DNA from: Flectonema sp. DT1601
Lineage: Eukaryota
Assembly: GCA_964019425.1 (NCBI GenBank)
Contig: OZ025782.1
Coordinates: 248,001 to 312,000 of the forward strand
Direction of reading: 5' to 3'
Length of the DNA stretch: 64,000 nt
Position 1 is the first letter of the stretch. Every line of letters begins with the position of its first letter. Both the position numbers and the translations under genes were made by a program. Positions 20,911-31,677 of the stretch are shown here, piece by piece. Below the pieces are notes generated by a model. It saw only the letters and a program-made list of their open reading frames with translations. It did not search any database and was not told the origin of the DNA.

Positions 20911-20935
20911 AAATGACAACCGACAGAAATAATTT

Positions 20936-22847
20936 TTAGTTCTTGCTGGCCTTTAGTTCCGAGCAGAATTCCTGTTTTTTTTTTTTTTTTTTTTTTGAGA
21001 GTCTAAAAAAAAACATGACAAGAGAATCTCCTCAGATACTTCTGACATATCAAAAAGCAACGATTATAACATACGGATAGTACTTTAAGAATAGCATCGT
21101 GTGACCTCTCACATGTTCGTGGAGTTGTCGTCGGTCTCTCAGACTGGAAGACTTGTGCGAGAGCGCGAGGAACAGTAGCTGAAGTGCTGGATGTCAGTTC
21201 TTTGTATGTTGCAATCACGTCATATGGCTTTAGTGAAGCAGCTGATTCACCACGAAGACCTTCTTGAACTGCATCAGGGAATTTCGCAAATGAAGCTGTC
21301 GATGCCAAAATAATCGGAACAACAGATTCCCTCGTCTCAATATAGTCATTCATGACTTTGTATGCGACAGCTGTGTGAGTGTCGAGAAGGTAGTCATGAG
21401 ACTCCTGAACTAACTTGATAGTTTTCAAACATTCTTCTTCAGTGCAGTATCCGGAAGAAAACGATATCTTCAGCTCTTTGAGTATGCCTTCAGACACTGT
21501 GAAGTGTTTATTCGTATCTAATTCTTGCATCAAACGAGAAACCTCAACAGTATCCCCCCCAGATAGTAAATATAATAATCTTTCAACGTTGCTTGATTTC
21601 AATATGTCAATACTTGGTGATGCTGTCGGTGTCAATCCCTTTTCTCTGATATCGTAGACGCCCTTTTCAATAAAATCAGTCAAAACATTATTCACATTGG
21701 ACGCGCATACTAATTTTCGAATTGGAAGACCGGATAGCTTAGCGTAGTAGGCACTCAAGATATTTCCAAAATTACCAGTTGGGACGACAACGTCAATCTG
21801 ACGTTTGGATTCGTTGTCGGAGTGAGGATCAACCAGACCCTTTGAAATCAGATGAGAATAGCTGTAAACATAGTAGACAATTTGTGGTAATAACCTCCCC
21901 CAATTTATACTATTTGCACTCGATAAAACTGATCCAGAATTACTTAATAATTCCGACCTGTACGAATCATCTGTAAAAATCTTTTTTACTGTCGACTGAC
22001 AAAAATCAAAATCAGCATCGACTCCGAGAATCCTAACGTTTCCTCCATCGTATGAGAGCATCTGTTGACGTTGGACTTCTGAGACTCCGTCTTTCGGGTA
22101 CAAAACTAATACTGCTATTCCCTTTTCTTGCATGAATCCGCTAATTGCCGCCACACCTGTATCTCCAGACGTTGCTGCAAGAATTACATACTGAGACTCA
22201 TCTCCAGAGATAGACTCAGAAAAGAATTTTGGAAAAAGTTGAAGGGCGAAATCCTTAAAAGCTGCAGTAGGTCCATGCCATAATTCCATGACGTGGATTG
22301 TTGGATCTGCTCCTTTGGGAGTTTTCAGGACACAGATTTCGTCATCGTCCCAACGTTCAGGTGAGTAGGCGCGTGAAATAAGCTCGCGAAGCCTTGCAGG
22401 TTTAAGCTCAGAAGTAGAATTAAACGATTCTAGAACGTACTGTGCGCACTCTCTGTAGTGTTGTCCAGATAAAAGTTTGAAATCATCAGATGTGAATTTC
22501 GGAATTGACTCAGGGAGGTATAATCCTCCATCTGTAGCTAAACCTGATTTCACAGCCTTTAAGAAATCAACTTCTACTCCACCACTTCCTCTGGTTGAGT
22601 GAAACCACTTTGACTGTTGGACAGAATGAAGTATTCTGTTTGCTGTAATCTCATCGTCTTCAGTTTTTATTCTTTTCAATCGAATGTTGTAGTCGATAGT
22701 CTGTGTTGTTCCTTCAGTCTCGATAAACACACACATGCCTCCATCTTTTTCACACTGTTCCTTGTCGTATGCTGCAAATTTTCCCGATATCTTCTCATTT
22801 AATTTCTCTATCACCGCGTTGCTTGCACCTGCTATGTAGATCGTCAT
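20936..22847 (-). CDS. thrC: Threonine synthase (PLP-dependent); intron 20972-21074
   Basis: GLATDGGLY, HGPTAAFKDFALQ, ATSGDTG, SANSINWGR and PTGNFGN motifs; splicing gives ...LKVLS-EFCSELKASKN*. Confidence 0.92.
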
Positions 22848-23301
22848 TCTTTATTTTTTTTTCCTCTCTCTCTTCAAGAAAAAAAAAGAAATTCATTAAA
22901 AAAAATGGTCACTTAAAAAATATTTTTCATTCTTTTTTTTTAGAAGCTAGCAAAAAAAAGAGAGAAAAAAAACATGCAAAGAGAGGGAGAGAGAGACACT
23001 CACATGACGAATACAGGAAATCAGTGAGAGGCCCTGTTGCAACAGGCTGGATAAAGTCTCTGCTGAATAAATCACGTCACCATAGCAGGGAGCTATGGAG
23101 AAATACAAGAATAATAACAATTCAGATAAAAGCCTCATATCTTTGTTGATCACAGACAGTATTACTGAGCGCACACAGGGGGAAATAGATAAATCATTTT
23201 TGACAATAGTAAATAATCGGCTCTTAAAGAAAAAAAACACGTTTTTTTGTTTCCCACAGAATAATGTAAGTAAGGGAAGAAAAAAAAAAAAAAAAAAAAA
23301 A

Positions 23302-24282
23302 TCATCTTATCAAAACACCCTCAGGAACAGGATAACCCCATTTTTCTCTAAGCTGAGTGATGGTGATAGTTTTCTTATCATTAGTTTTGTCATCGGCGTA
23401 TGCCCCAGATAATTTCATACCAGAAAGCATTTGTTTGATATTATCCATAGTACCCATGTATCTCGGATCAGGTTGATGAGATTTCGGTTGCCATCTGTTA
23501 TCACAAGAAAGCCTAACGTGTTTTGTTATGTTAGTTGTTGACATGTGAAGTGTGTGCATTCCGAATACGATGATATCCCCTGCGAGGTAATCAGTGCAGG
23601 TCCATTGACCACCAAATTCATTTGTTATTTCTATTGGATCCATTGAGAACCATCCAGTTCCATCAAGATTATCTTTTTCATGATCAAGACTACCATATGT
23701 TTCCTGAAGCTTACTAAAGTGCTGACTTCCCTTACACATTGCAAGTGATCCCATGTCCATAGGTATGTCTCCAATAGGAATCCAACAGGTCATTAATTCT
23801 GGAGATCCACGTCTCATGTAGACAATGTCGTAATGAACTCCTGTGTAGCTTCCTGTTGAGACGCCACGTAGCCACTTGTAGTCGAATGAGATGACCTCTT
23901 GGTTGAATATTTTGGTAAAAATATTTTTTATAACTGGATTTTCAAGAACATTTATAACTTTAGAATTATGTGTAAACTCATTGTATCCTTCCATAAACGG
24001 AACACATCCAACCCCACAATTCTCTTCAAGTACCGCGTCAGTTGCTTCTCCCTTTATGATCCCACCAGCATCAAAAAACTTATTCAGTATGTATTCTCGG
24101 CATTCAAGTACCGCATTTCTGTCTAACACGCCGTCTAAATAGGCGTATCCGTCTTCAATGATGGCTTGTCGCAGGGAATCGAACTTGCCATTGCGTACCA
24201 TATCACCCCTTTTGGCCATTGGTTCTAAGTAGCATCCCTCTCCGAAGGACACATCTGAGTTTCCGAATCGTACTTGGCGCAT
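23302..24282 (-). CDS. Phytanoyl-CoA dioxygenase (PhyH) family Fe/2OG dioxygenase
   Basis: HYD...TCWIPIGD...AGDIIVF..TLH..S..RLSCD.R motifs. Confidence 0.85.
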   Translation of the reverse strand: MRQVRFGNSDVSFGEGCYLEPMAKRGDMVRNGKFDSLRQAIIEDGYAYLDGVLDRNAVLECREYILNKFFDAGGIIKGEATDAVLEENCGVGCVPFMEGYNEFTHNSKVINVLENPVIKNIFTKIFNQEVISFDYKWLRGVSTGSYTGVHYDIVYMRRGSPELMTCWIPIGDIPMDMGSLAMCKGSQHFSKLQETYGSLDHEKDNLDGTGWFSMDPIEITNEFGGQWTCTDYLAGDIIVFGMHTLHMSTTNITKHVRLSCDNRWQPKSHQPDPRYMGTMDNIKQMLSGMKLSGAYADDKTNDKKTITITQLREKWGYPVPEGVLIR

Positions 24283-25879
24283 TTTTTTTTTTGGGGGGGG
24301 GTTTCTGAGTGTTGGATTATGTTGTTATATTTCATATAAATACTGAATTTCACCTTTTTTTTTTTTTTTTCCACAATCTATTCTTTTGAGACAGCTCCGT
24401 AATAAGAATCACATCTCACTAAATACCAGACTAACTGATGCGTCGTATTGTATTGTTGTTGGGGAGGTTAAATGTTTGAATTTGTAAAATACAACTGTTT
24501 TTTGTATCACATTAACATAAAACGATAATTTAACAAATCCGTTAAAGGATACAGTGAACTACGGTGATGCTTAACTTAGCCTTTTAAAGTAACTATTTAG
24601 CCTCTATTTTCCCTCATCATCAATATGGTGTAGAGACTTACTGATGGGTTTGTATTGAACTATTGTTGGGGGGGAAGACTGTTTGATTGGTTTCATACGA
24701 ATATAAATCTCTCTGTATTGTATCAGAACTCAATAATAAAATTAAAAAACTCATGACACAAGTGACTAAAATGTTAATACAGGCTAACACTCTGCAATTG
24801 ACGTACTTGCTCTACATTATAATCAATGTTTCTAACTGTTGGGGGGAAGAGTATTTCTTTTTTTGATATACTTAAAGCAGATTTAAAACAAAAAAAAAAA
24901 AAAATATATATTCGCGAAACGAAAACAGAGAGAAAAGATATTTGAACTTACCAAATTCTATTAAGAAAAATAAATACCTGTCACGTACTGCAGTAGAGAA
25001 GAATATCAAACTTATTGTTATTGTTTTATCAACAGCAAAGGAAACGTTTTTTTTTTTTTGATTCCAATTCCTATTCATGCGGATTCCAAATAAAGCAACA
25101 AAGTCAACTGCTCCAGAGAAAACTTTAAAACTATTCAGATAAGCCTTTTCAAGGCATTTTTTTTTTTTTTTCACTTTCCGAGGCCAGATTAATAAGAGAA
25201 CTTTAAAATTAAAACATATTTTTTTTTACTTTTTTTATTGAAGTCAGGGAAAGTAAAAAAAAAAAGTATCGAAGTATTTTTGCAATTATCGAAACAGCGC
25301 TGTGGTGATGGTATTTTTTTTATTTGAATCAGAAACGGAGGTGAAAAAAAATCTCCAAAGTTCTGATTTACTTTACTTTACCTTTATCACGATTTGAATC
25401 ATCATGAAAAACCAATAAAAAAAAAAAAAAAAAAAAAAAAAAGGGTTTTTTTTTTTTTTTTTTTTCTTGAACAATAACCACAATTCTATTCACTCATTTT
25501 ACGTAGCATTTCATATCACAGCATAAACCATAAAGGATGATTGTGGATTTAAAAATCAGAATGAAAAAAAAAAAAAAAAAAAAAAAAACACAGAGTGAAA
25601 AAATATCAGCTCTCTCTCTCTCTACTAAAAACAGCAGTGGAGTAACAACGACTCAACAAATAGCCGAAAACATGCTGTTTTGGGGTGTCAACTATGTCTC
25701 TGCTTATTGAGATGAGATTACATTCTAAGAAAAAGAAAACTCAAAAAAAAAAAAAAAAAAAAAGGGCAGCCAGACTGGCTTCGGGACGATAACGCGCGAA
25801 GCTGAATGGGAAAAAGAAACTTGGTAGAACAGATATTTTCGCATGCAATACACCAACAGCACCAGATAGATGAAACAAT

Positions 25880-26944
25880 CTACTTCAACACAGCCAATCC
25901 AACAACAAGAACAACAACAACTACAATGATAACACAAAGGATGATTAGGCACATTTTCCTGTTTTTTGTTGATTTTTTTGATTTTTATAATAAACGTACC
26001 AATAAATGAAAAAAAAAGAGAAAAAAAAACATACTTCCTACTCCGCTCGCTTATCTTACGAGCTTCTGCTGTTTCTTTTCTTCCCTTGTGTACAAAGGTT
26101 GTGGCTCTATCAACATTGCTGCGAATGTCATTAAGCAATTCCCCTTGTTCTGCTACGAGGACTGCCATGTCAACAAATATTTGACGAAGCTCTTCCAGTG
26201 CAGTTTCTATTTTGTGGATGTCTTTGCGCATTTCGACAACTTCCTCAAGAGTGGTTGCAGCGATCTGTTTTTTTTTTTTTTTTGTTGTTGTTGTTGTTGA
26301 CATAAAAAAAAGATTATTAGAAAGCTTTAGAGAGAAAGTGTTAATCATACCGCCATTTTATTGCTTGAGAAAATTTGACTTTCCTGACCATTTTCCATTA
26401 CATCTTGAGTCATTTTTTCAACATCTTCTTCAGAGACTGACTGATGTGAGAATTTAGTTTTTATTCTCCTCTTAATTGTTTCTTTGTATTTCTCTTTGTT
26501 GCTTTGTTCGACTTGTTGAAAATTTGTAAGAGCTGCAACGAACTCTTGACGGAGAAGCATGTGCTGATTTTCCTGAATTCTTATTTCGGCTGGATGCTCG
26601 CACTCTTGCCGTTTTGCTTCAGTTGTGAGTTGTTGCATTTTATCAAGAGATGATTTTACACTTTGGCTCTCATCTTTAATTTTATCATGAAGGCTTCCAG
26701 CTTCTTCTCGAAGCGCCATTTTCTGACCATCATCAGTAGAGCAGTGTAGGTTGTTGTGAGTCGTGTCTAGTTTTGCAGTCCAATTTTTCATATTTTTTAT
26801 TTTTTGATTAACTTCAGCTACGATATCATAAAAAGCATTCAATCCACTACCTCCTTCCTGTTCATCTTCAGGCGGCAAGTCTACAGCTACATGCTCAGGG
26901 GCTAGTTCAGCCTTGAACTGTGGCAGTAAATCAACGGTACCCAT
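25880..26944 (-). CDS. Syntaxin (Qa-SNARE, plasma-membrane type); introns 26265-26350 and 25959-26034
   Basis: Habc helices, SNARE motif (ELRQIFVDMAVLVAEQGELLNDI); spliced C-terminal TM KKMCLIILCVIIVVVVVLVVGLAVLK*. Confidence 0.9.
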
Positions 26945-27297
26945 AATAGTATATTACCCTATTGGTGTAAAATTTAGGGGAACAAAAAATTTTAAAAAGA
27001 AAATTCACAAACTGCTATATAACCTATATAAATCATTCTCCCAATGAAAAAAAACCTTTTTTGACCCCTGCTTTGAGAAATAATAATCAAAATCATCCAT
27101 TTTTGATGAAGTCAGACATATCATGGCACCCCACGAACAAAGTTCATAAAGCAGGGATGTGACATATTTTTTTTTTTTCGTATTTTTTTTTTTTTTGATT
27201 ATTTTTTTTTTTCCCTGCTGGTTGAAAACTCCTATTGCTGTACGGCCATCGCTAAAAAGAACACTCGATGACTAACAAGAAAAGAACAACAACCAAA

Positions 27298-27777
27298 TTA
27301 GACCTTGTAAGCCTTGAGCGGGTCGAAGAATTCTGGACGAAGGTCAACGATGCTCTTCTGCTTCTTGATGATGCAAGCGGTTCTTGGCTGGTTGGCAGGA
27401 ACTCTCTTCACTCTCTGCTTCTTCTCCTTCTGAAGACCGGCGTTGGTGGCGATTCTTCTCTTCAAGTCATCCTGGCACTTCGACTTTCTAACGTGCTCAA
27501 CTCTGACATTGATTCTCTTTCTGAAGACCTTTCCGTTGTGCTTCTTGTTTACAATAACTCCGACAGCACGTGGGGTGACGTTCCATACGATTCCAGTCTT
27601 ACCCTGGTACACCTTGTGCGGAAGCGACTTCTGGATAGCTGGGTCGGCACAGATGTTGACGTAGTCTCCTGCTTTGTACTGGGTCAAGTATCTGGTCTGG
27701 TTTGGCATACCCTTAGTGCCAAAGGTCTTGGAGAACAAGTTCCTTGTTCCCGCACGGTAACCATAGGAGTGAACCAT
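27298..27777 (-). CDS. RPL21: 60S ribosomal protein L21 (eL21), copy 1
   Basis: GYRAGTR..F, PHKVYQGKTG, KRINVRVEHVRKS. Confidence 0.95.
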   Translation of the reverse strand: MVHSYGYRAGTRNLFSKTFGTKGMPNQTRYLTQYKAGDYVNICADPAIQKSLPHKVYQGKTGIVWNVTPRAVGVIVNKKHNGKVFRKRINVRVEHVRKSKCQDDLKRRIATNAGLQKEKKQRVKRVPANQPRTACIIKKQKSIVDLRPEFFDPLKAYKV

Positions 27778-27923
27778 TTTGACGATTTACAGCCTGGAAG
27801 GAAAAATAATTAATATCAGGGGAAGGGGACTACTCAATGAGAACACTCTTTACTACTTGATTGTTAACTTCAACACCATGACCATTATTTTCACTTTTTT
27901 TTGCGAAATACTTAACACACAAA

Positions 27924-28403
27924 TTAGACCTTGTAAGCCTTGAGCGGGTCGAAGAATTCTGGACGAAGGTCAACGATGCTCTTCTGCTTCTTGATGATGC
28001 AAGCGGTTCTTGGCTGGTTGGCAGGAACTCTCTTCACTCTCTGCTTCTTCTCCTTCTGAAGACCGGCGTTGGTGGCGATTCTTCTCTTCAAGTCATCCTG
28101 GCACTTCGACTTTCTAACGTGCTCAACTCTGACATTGATTCTCTTTCTGAAGACCTTTCCGTTGTGCTTCTTGTTTACAATAACTCCGACAGCACGTGGG
28201 GTGACGTTCCATACGATTCCAGTCTTACCCTGGTACACCTTGTGCGGAAGCGACTTCTGGATAGCTGGGTCGGCACAGATGTTGACGTAGTCTCCTGCTT
28301 TGTACTGGGTCAAGTATCTGGTCTGGTTTGGCATACCCTTAGTGCCAAAGGTCTTGGAGAACAAGTTCCTTGTTCCCGCACGGTAACCATAGGAGTGCAC
28401 CAT
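27924..28403 (-). CDS. RPL21: 60S ribosomal protein L21, copy 2
   Basis: Identical protein. Confidence 0.95.
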   Translation of the reverse strand: MVHSYGYRAGTRNLFSKTFGTKGMPNQTRYLTQYKAGDYVNICADPAIQKSLPHKVYQGKTGIVWNVTPRAVGVIVNKKHNGKVFRKRINVRVEHVRKSKCQDDLKRRIATNAGLQKEKKQRVKRVPANQPRTACIIKKQKSIVDLRPEFFDPLKAYKV

Positions 28404-28711
28404 TTTGTGATGAAGTAACTGTGGGGGAATTTTTTTTTTTTCATTCTCAGAAACAATGCATGCCCGTCACTCAGACTTCTTCTTCAACACCTGACTTGAC
28501 TATTCTTTTTTTTTTTTTTTTTTTTTTTTTGAACTCACTTGGTACATATTTTTTTTTGCTTTTCATTTTTAATTTCCTCCCTAATACTTTCAACTAGTTT
28601 TGAGTAAGAGCAACAGAGCTGCCTACTATAAAACTAATTTTATCACAAAAGAAATGCAAAGCAATAGACGTCCAGCCCCAAGTCGGAGCCAAGTGTCGCA
28701 CAAAGGCGAAA

Positions 28712-29191
28712 TTAGACCTTGTAAGCCTTGAGCGGGTCGAAGAATTCTGGGCGAAGGTCAACGATGCTCTTCTGCTTCTTGATGATGCAAGCGGTTCTTG
28801 GCTGGTTGGCAGGAACTCTCTTCACTCTCTGCTTCTTCTCCTTCTGAAGACCGGCGTTGGTGGCGATTCTTCTCTTCAAGTCATCCTGGCACTTCGACTT
28901 TCTAACGTGCTCAACTCTGACATTGATTCTCTTTCTGAAGACCTTTCCGTTGTGCTTCTTGTTTACAATAACTCCGACAGCACGTGGGGTGACGTTCCAT
29001 ACGATTCCAGTCTTACCCTGGTACACCTTGTGCGGAAGCGACTTCTGGATAGCTGGGTCGGCACAGATGTTGACGTAGTCTCCTGCTTTGTACTGGGTCA
29101 AGTATCTGGTCTGGTTTGGCATACCCTTAGTGCCAAAGGTCTTGGAGAACAAGTTCCTTGTTCCCGCACGGTAACCATAGGAGTGCACCAT
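28712..29191 (-). CDS. RPL21: 60S ribosomal protein L21, copy 3
   Basis: Identical protein. Confidence 0.95.
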   Translation of the reverse strand: MVHSYGYRAGTRNLFSKTFGTKGMPNQTRYLTQYKAGDYVNICADPAIQKSLPHKVYQGKTGIVWNVTPRAVGVIVNKKHNGKVFRKRINVRVEHVRKSKCQDDLKRRIATNAGLQKEKKQRVKRVPANQPRTACIIKKQKSIVDLRPEFFDPLKAYKV

Positions 29192-29715
29192 TTTGTGATG
29201 AGGGAGTAACTGAGATAAAGAAATACAATTAAATCCACCTGTCAGCTGAATGAAAACAGCTGAGTACCGGATAATATGACCGGCGTTAGTAGGATTCGTT
29301 GCTTTCCTACTACGCTACGATAACAAAACTGATAGGATAGTTACAAAGGCAAGATCAAGAAAAGCTAAAGCCACTTGATGACCTTTTGTTACTACCGAAG
29401 ACCATCTCTTATCACTTGGAATTATTATTTAGTCAAGTTCCATAACAGAACTGAGAGAGGGAATCACAAGGATAATTAAGTGTTTCTTACAACGTTAAGT
29501 CTTCAGGTCAGGTTAACTACAAAGACCCTCAAAGAACAACAAGAAACAAATTAAAATAAACTGAAAAGAGGGAAGGGGGGAGTAAAAACGAATATACAAG
29601 TCTGAAAAATAACAACAAACAAAAAAAAAAGAAAATAATAATAATAATAAACCACTACTACCATAAGAAAGTTACGTGTACGGATTGTTATGAAAAAAAA
29701 ACAGAAAGGGATTTT

Positions 29716-31212
29716 TCACTGACACGAATCGATCAAAGAAGACTCACAGGATCTGTTCATTGGTTCTCCACTACTTTCATCGTCAAGCATCAGGTCTCTT
29801 AAGAATTGCTCTTTTACTTCTCGTCGACGGAGGTCTCCTCTCAGTCCAATAGCTGCAGCTTCCCTAGTAATTGCTGTCACTGGCGTTAATGACGGATGAG
29901 GAGGTGTCTTTACTCGTAACTCAACTGACTTGTTAAGAGCAGTCTGCATAGATGATCTCTGTTCAATGTGATTGAATAAAAGATCAGCAAAAACAGTATT
30001 CGAGCGTTCTAACTGTTTTTGTTTTTCATTGTCACCTCTCTGAAGGGCTCGTAGAGTCTGTTGAGAAATTGGTGGAGGTGGTTCTTTTGATTTTGGTTTT
30101 GTAATAAGTTTCTTTCCTTTCCAATATGCTTTCATTCGCTCTTCGTGTTTTTGAAGTCTTCTTAAATACGATTTGTCTTTAGAGTCAAGGGCAGGTTGTT
30201 GAATGATGTCATCACCAGTAATTTCCGACATCACAGATTCAGTTACTTTTGACTCTCCAGATTCCGAGGGAGGAACAGATCCCGCATGAGAAGAAACAGC
30301 TTCAATGAAGCCGTGGATATTGTGTTGAACACCACACCAATCAAACAAACTACACAGTGATAATATAAGCTGCAGTGGATCATCGCATGTCGGTAAGATA
30401 ACATTTCTAAATTCAGTTTGACAGTCACAGCGTATCCTCCACCTAACCAAATCCCCATTCTGATCACAGTGCAACGCACAGTTCAAAAACCCATTCCTCA
30501 TTATATTATTAACACTATAACGACAACCACTATTCTTAATGCCCCCTTTCCATGGTACAAATTCTATCATGTCTCCATCATCGTCAGGGAATCGAACTGG
30601 ATAGCCACCAGCTGATGAAACTTCAGTTAAGACACTTCCTTCTTGACTACTTGATCTTTCTAAGTCTTTATCCGTATCTCCTAATGGGATAGTTTTATTA
30701 ATTGATTGTTGTTGAGGAGTTTCAGTTCCACATGTTTGAGGTGTTCTTTTGTACGATGACGACACATGTGATACCCTTTTGTGTGATTGAGGAATTGTTT
30801 GACTTAAATTGAGAACCTGACCTCCCTTTTCATTGTTTGGACATATGGAGAGTCGTAACCTAATTTTTGATGATGTATGAGGCTGTGATACCTTCGAAGA
30901 CTGATGTGATGGAACTTCTGAAATATTCGAGACCGAAGATAACGCCATCGGAGAGTCCGATACTAACGTACTCCTCCTGACCCGATCCTGATCGACTCTA
31001 ACTGAAGGAAGACTACTGTAACTCTCATGGTGATGGTGGTGGTGATGAACACAAGCTCCCTGGTATTCAGTTGTTATATTTGGAGATGCTATTCGTACCT
31101 CCTTATCATGTCCTTTATGGCCACCTCTACATCGAATACACATCCCACCTCGCAGTCTTTCTGGTGATGCGGAATACGGAGCAAGAGGTGAAATCCATGT
31201 TGTGTTATGCAT
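29716..31212 (-). CDS. Hypothetical protein, largely disordered with one globular central domain
   Basis: ~500-codon ORF; ATG at 31212 directly after an acag acceptor-like site. Confidence 0.7.
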   Translation of the reverse strand: MHNTTWISPLAPYSASPERLRGGMCIRCRGGHKGHDKEVRIASPNITTEYQGACVHHHHHHHESYSSLPSVRVDQDRVRRSTLVSDSPMALSSVSNISEVPSHQSSKVSQPHTSSKIRLRLSICPNNEKGGQVLNLSQTIPQSHKRVSHVSSSYKRTPQTCGTETPQQQSINKTIPLGDTDKDLERSSSQEGSVLTEVSSAGGYPVRFPDDDGDMIEFVPWKGGIKNSGCRYSVNNIMRNGFLNCALHCDQNGDLVRWRIRCDCQTEFRNVILPTCDDPLQLILSLCSLFDWCGVQHNIHGFIEAVSSHAGSVPPSESGESKVTESVMSEITGDDIIQQPALDSKDKSYLRRLQKHEERMKAYWKGKKLITKPKSKEPPPPISQQTLRALQRGDNEKQKQLERSNTVFADLLFNHIEQRSSMQTALNKSVELRVKTPPHPSLTPVTAITREAAAIGLRGDLRRREVKEQFLRDLMLDDESSGEPMNRSCESSLIDSCQ

Positions 31213-31677
31213 CCTGTTAAAGAAATATGTCTTTGTAAGAAAACAGTAACAACTTTTAGGTATTAATACAAAGCAAATATAAAAGTACTTAAAAAACAAA
31301 AAAAAAACAAAAAGGAAAATATATTATAGTTTATTAACCTGGTAAGAAAACAAAAGGGGAAAAAATAATTAATATTTCTTTAGTATAAGCATATCAACAT
31401 CTGCGCCTTGTATTTTGCCAATGCAATAAATAGAGTGCGGCTTTCACATCATTTAATTAAGGGGGTGAAGGGACGATAAACTTAACTGCGAGGAAATATT
31501 TACAAAAAAAATAAAAAAAAAATAAAAGAAAAGTTAAGGACGGTCCGGTAATGCGACCACTCACTATATAAACTTTTCTCTTATTAATTGACAGCAATTG
31601 AACATAAGATAAGCTCTAGTAAGCCTCTGTTATGGTTCTCAGTATGTGATAACTTCAAGTAGTCAAGACAAGTGATA

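Noticed and set aside
27066..27156. CCCTGCTTT/AAAGCAGGG stem as SECIS or snoRNA
   Set aside because: No convincing SECIS core geometry or in-frame TGA upstream; a 9-bp stem alone is insufficient.
27268..29209. Plus-strand ORFs over RPL21 (and over Bfr1-like, SRP54, PLD)
   Set aside because: Antisense shadows of codon-biased genes.
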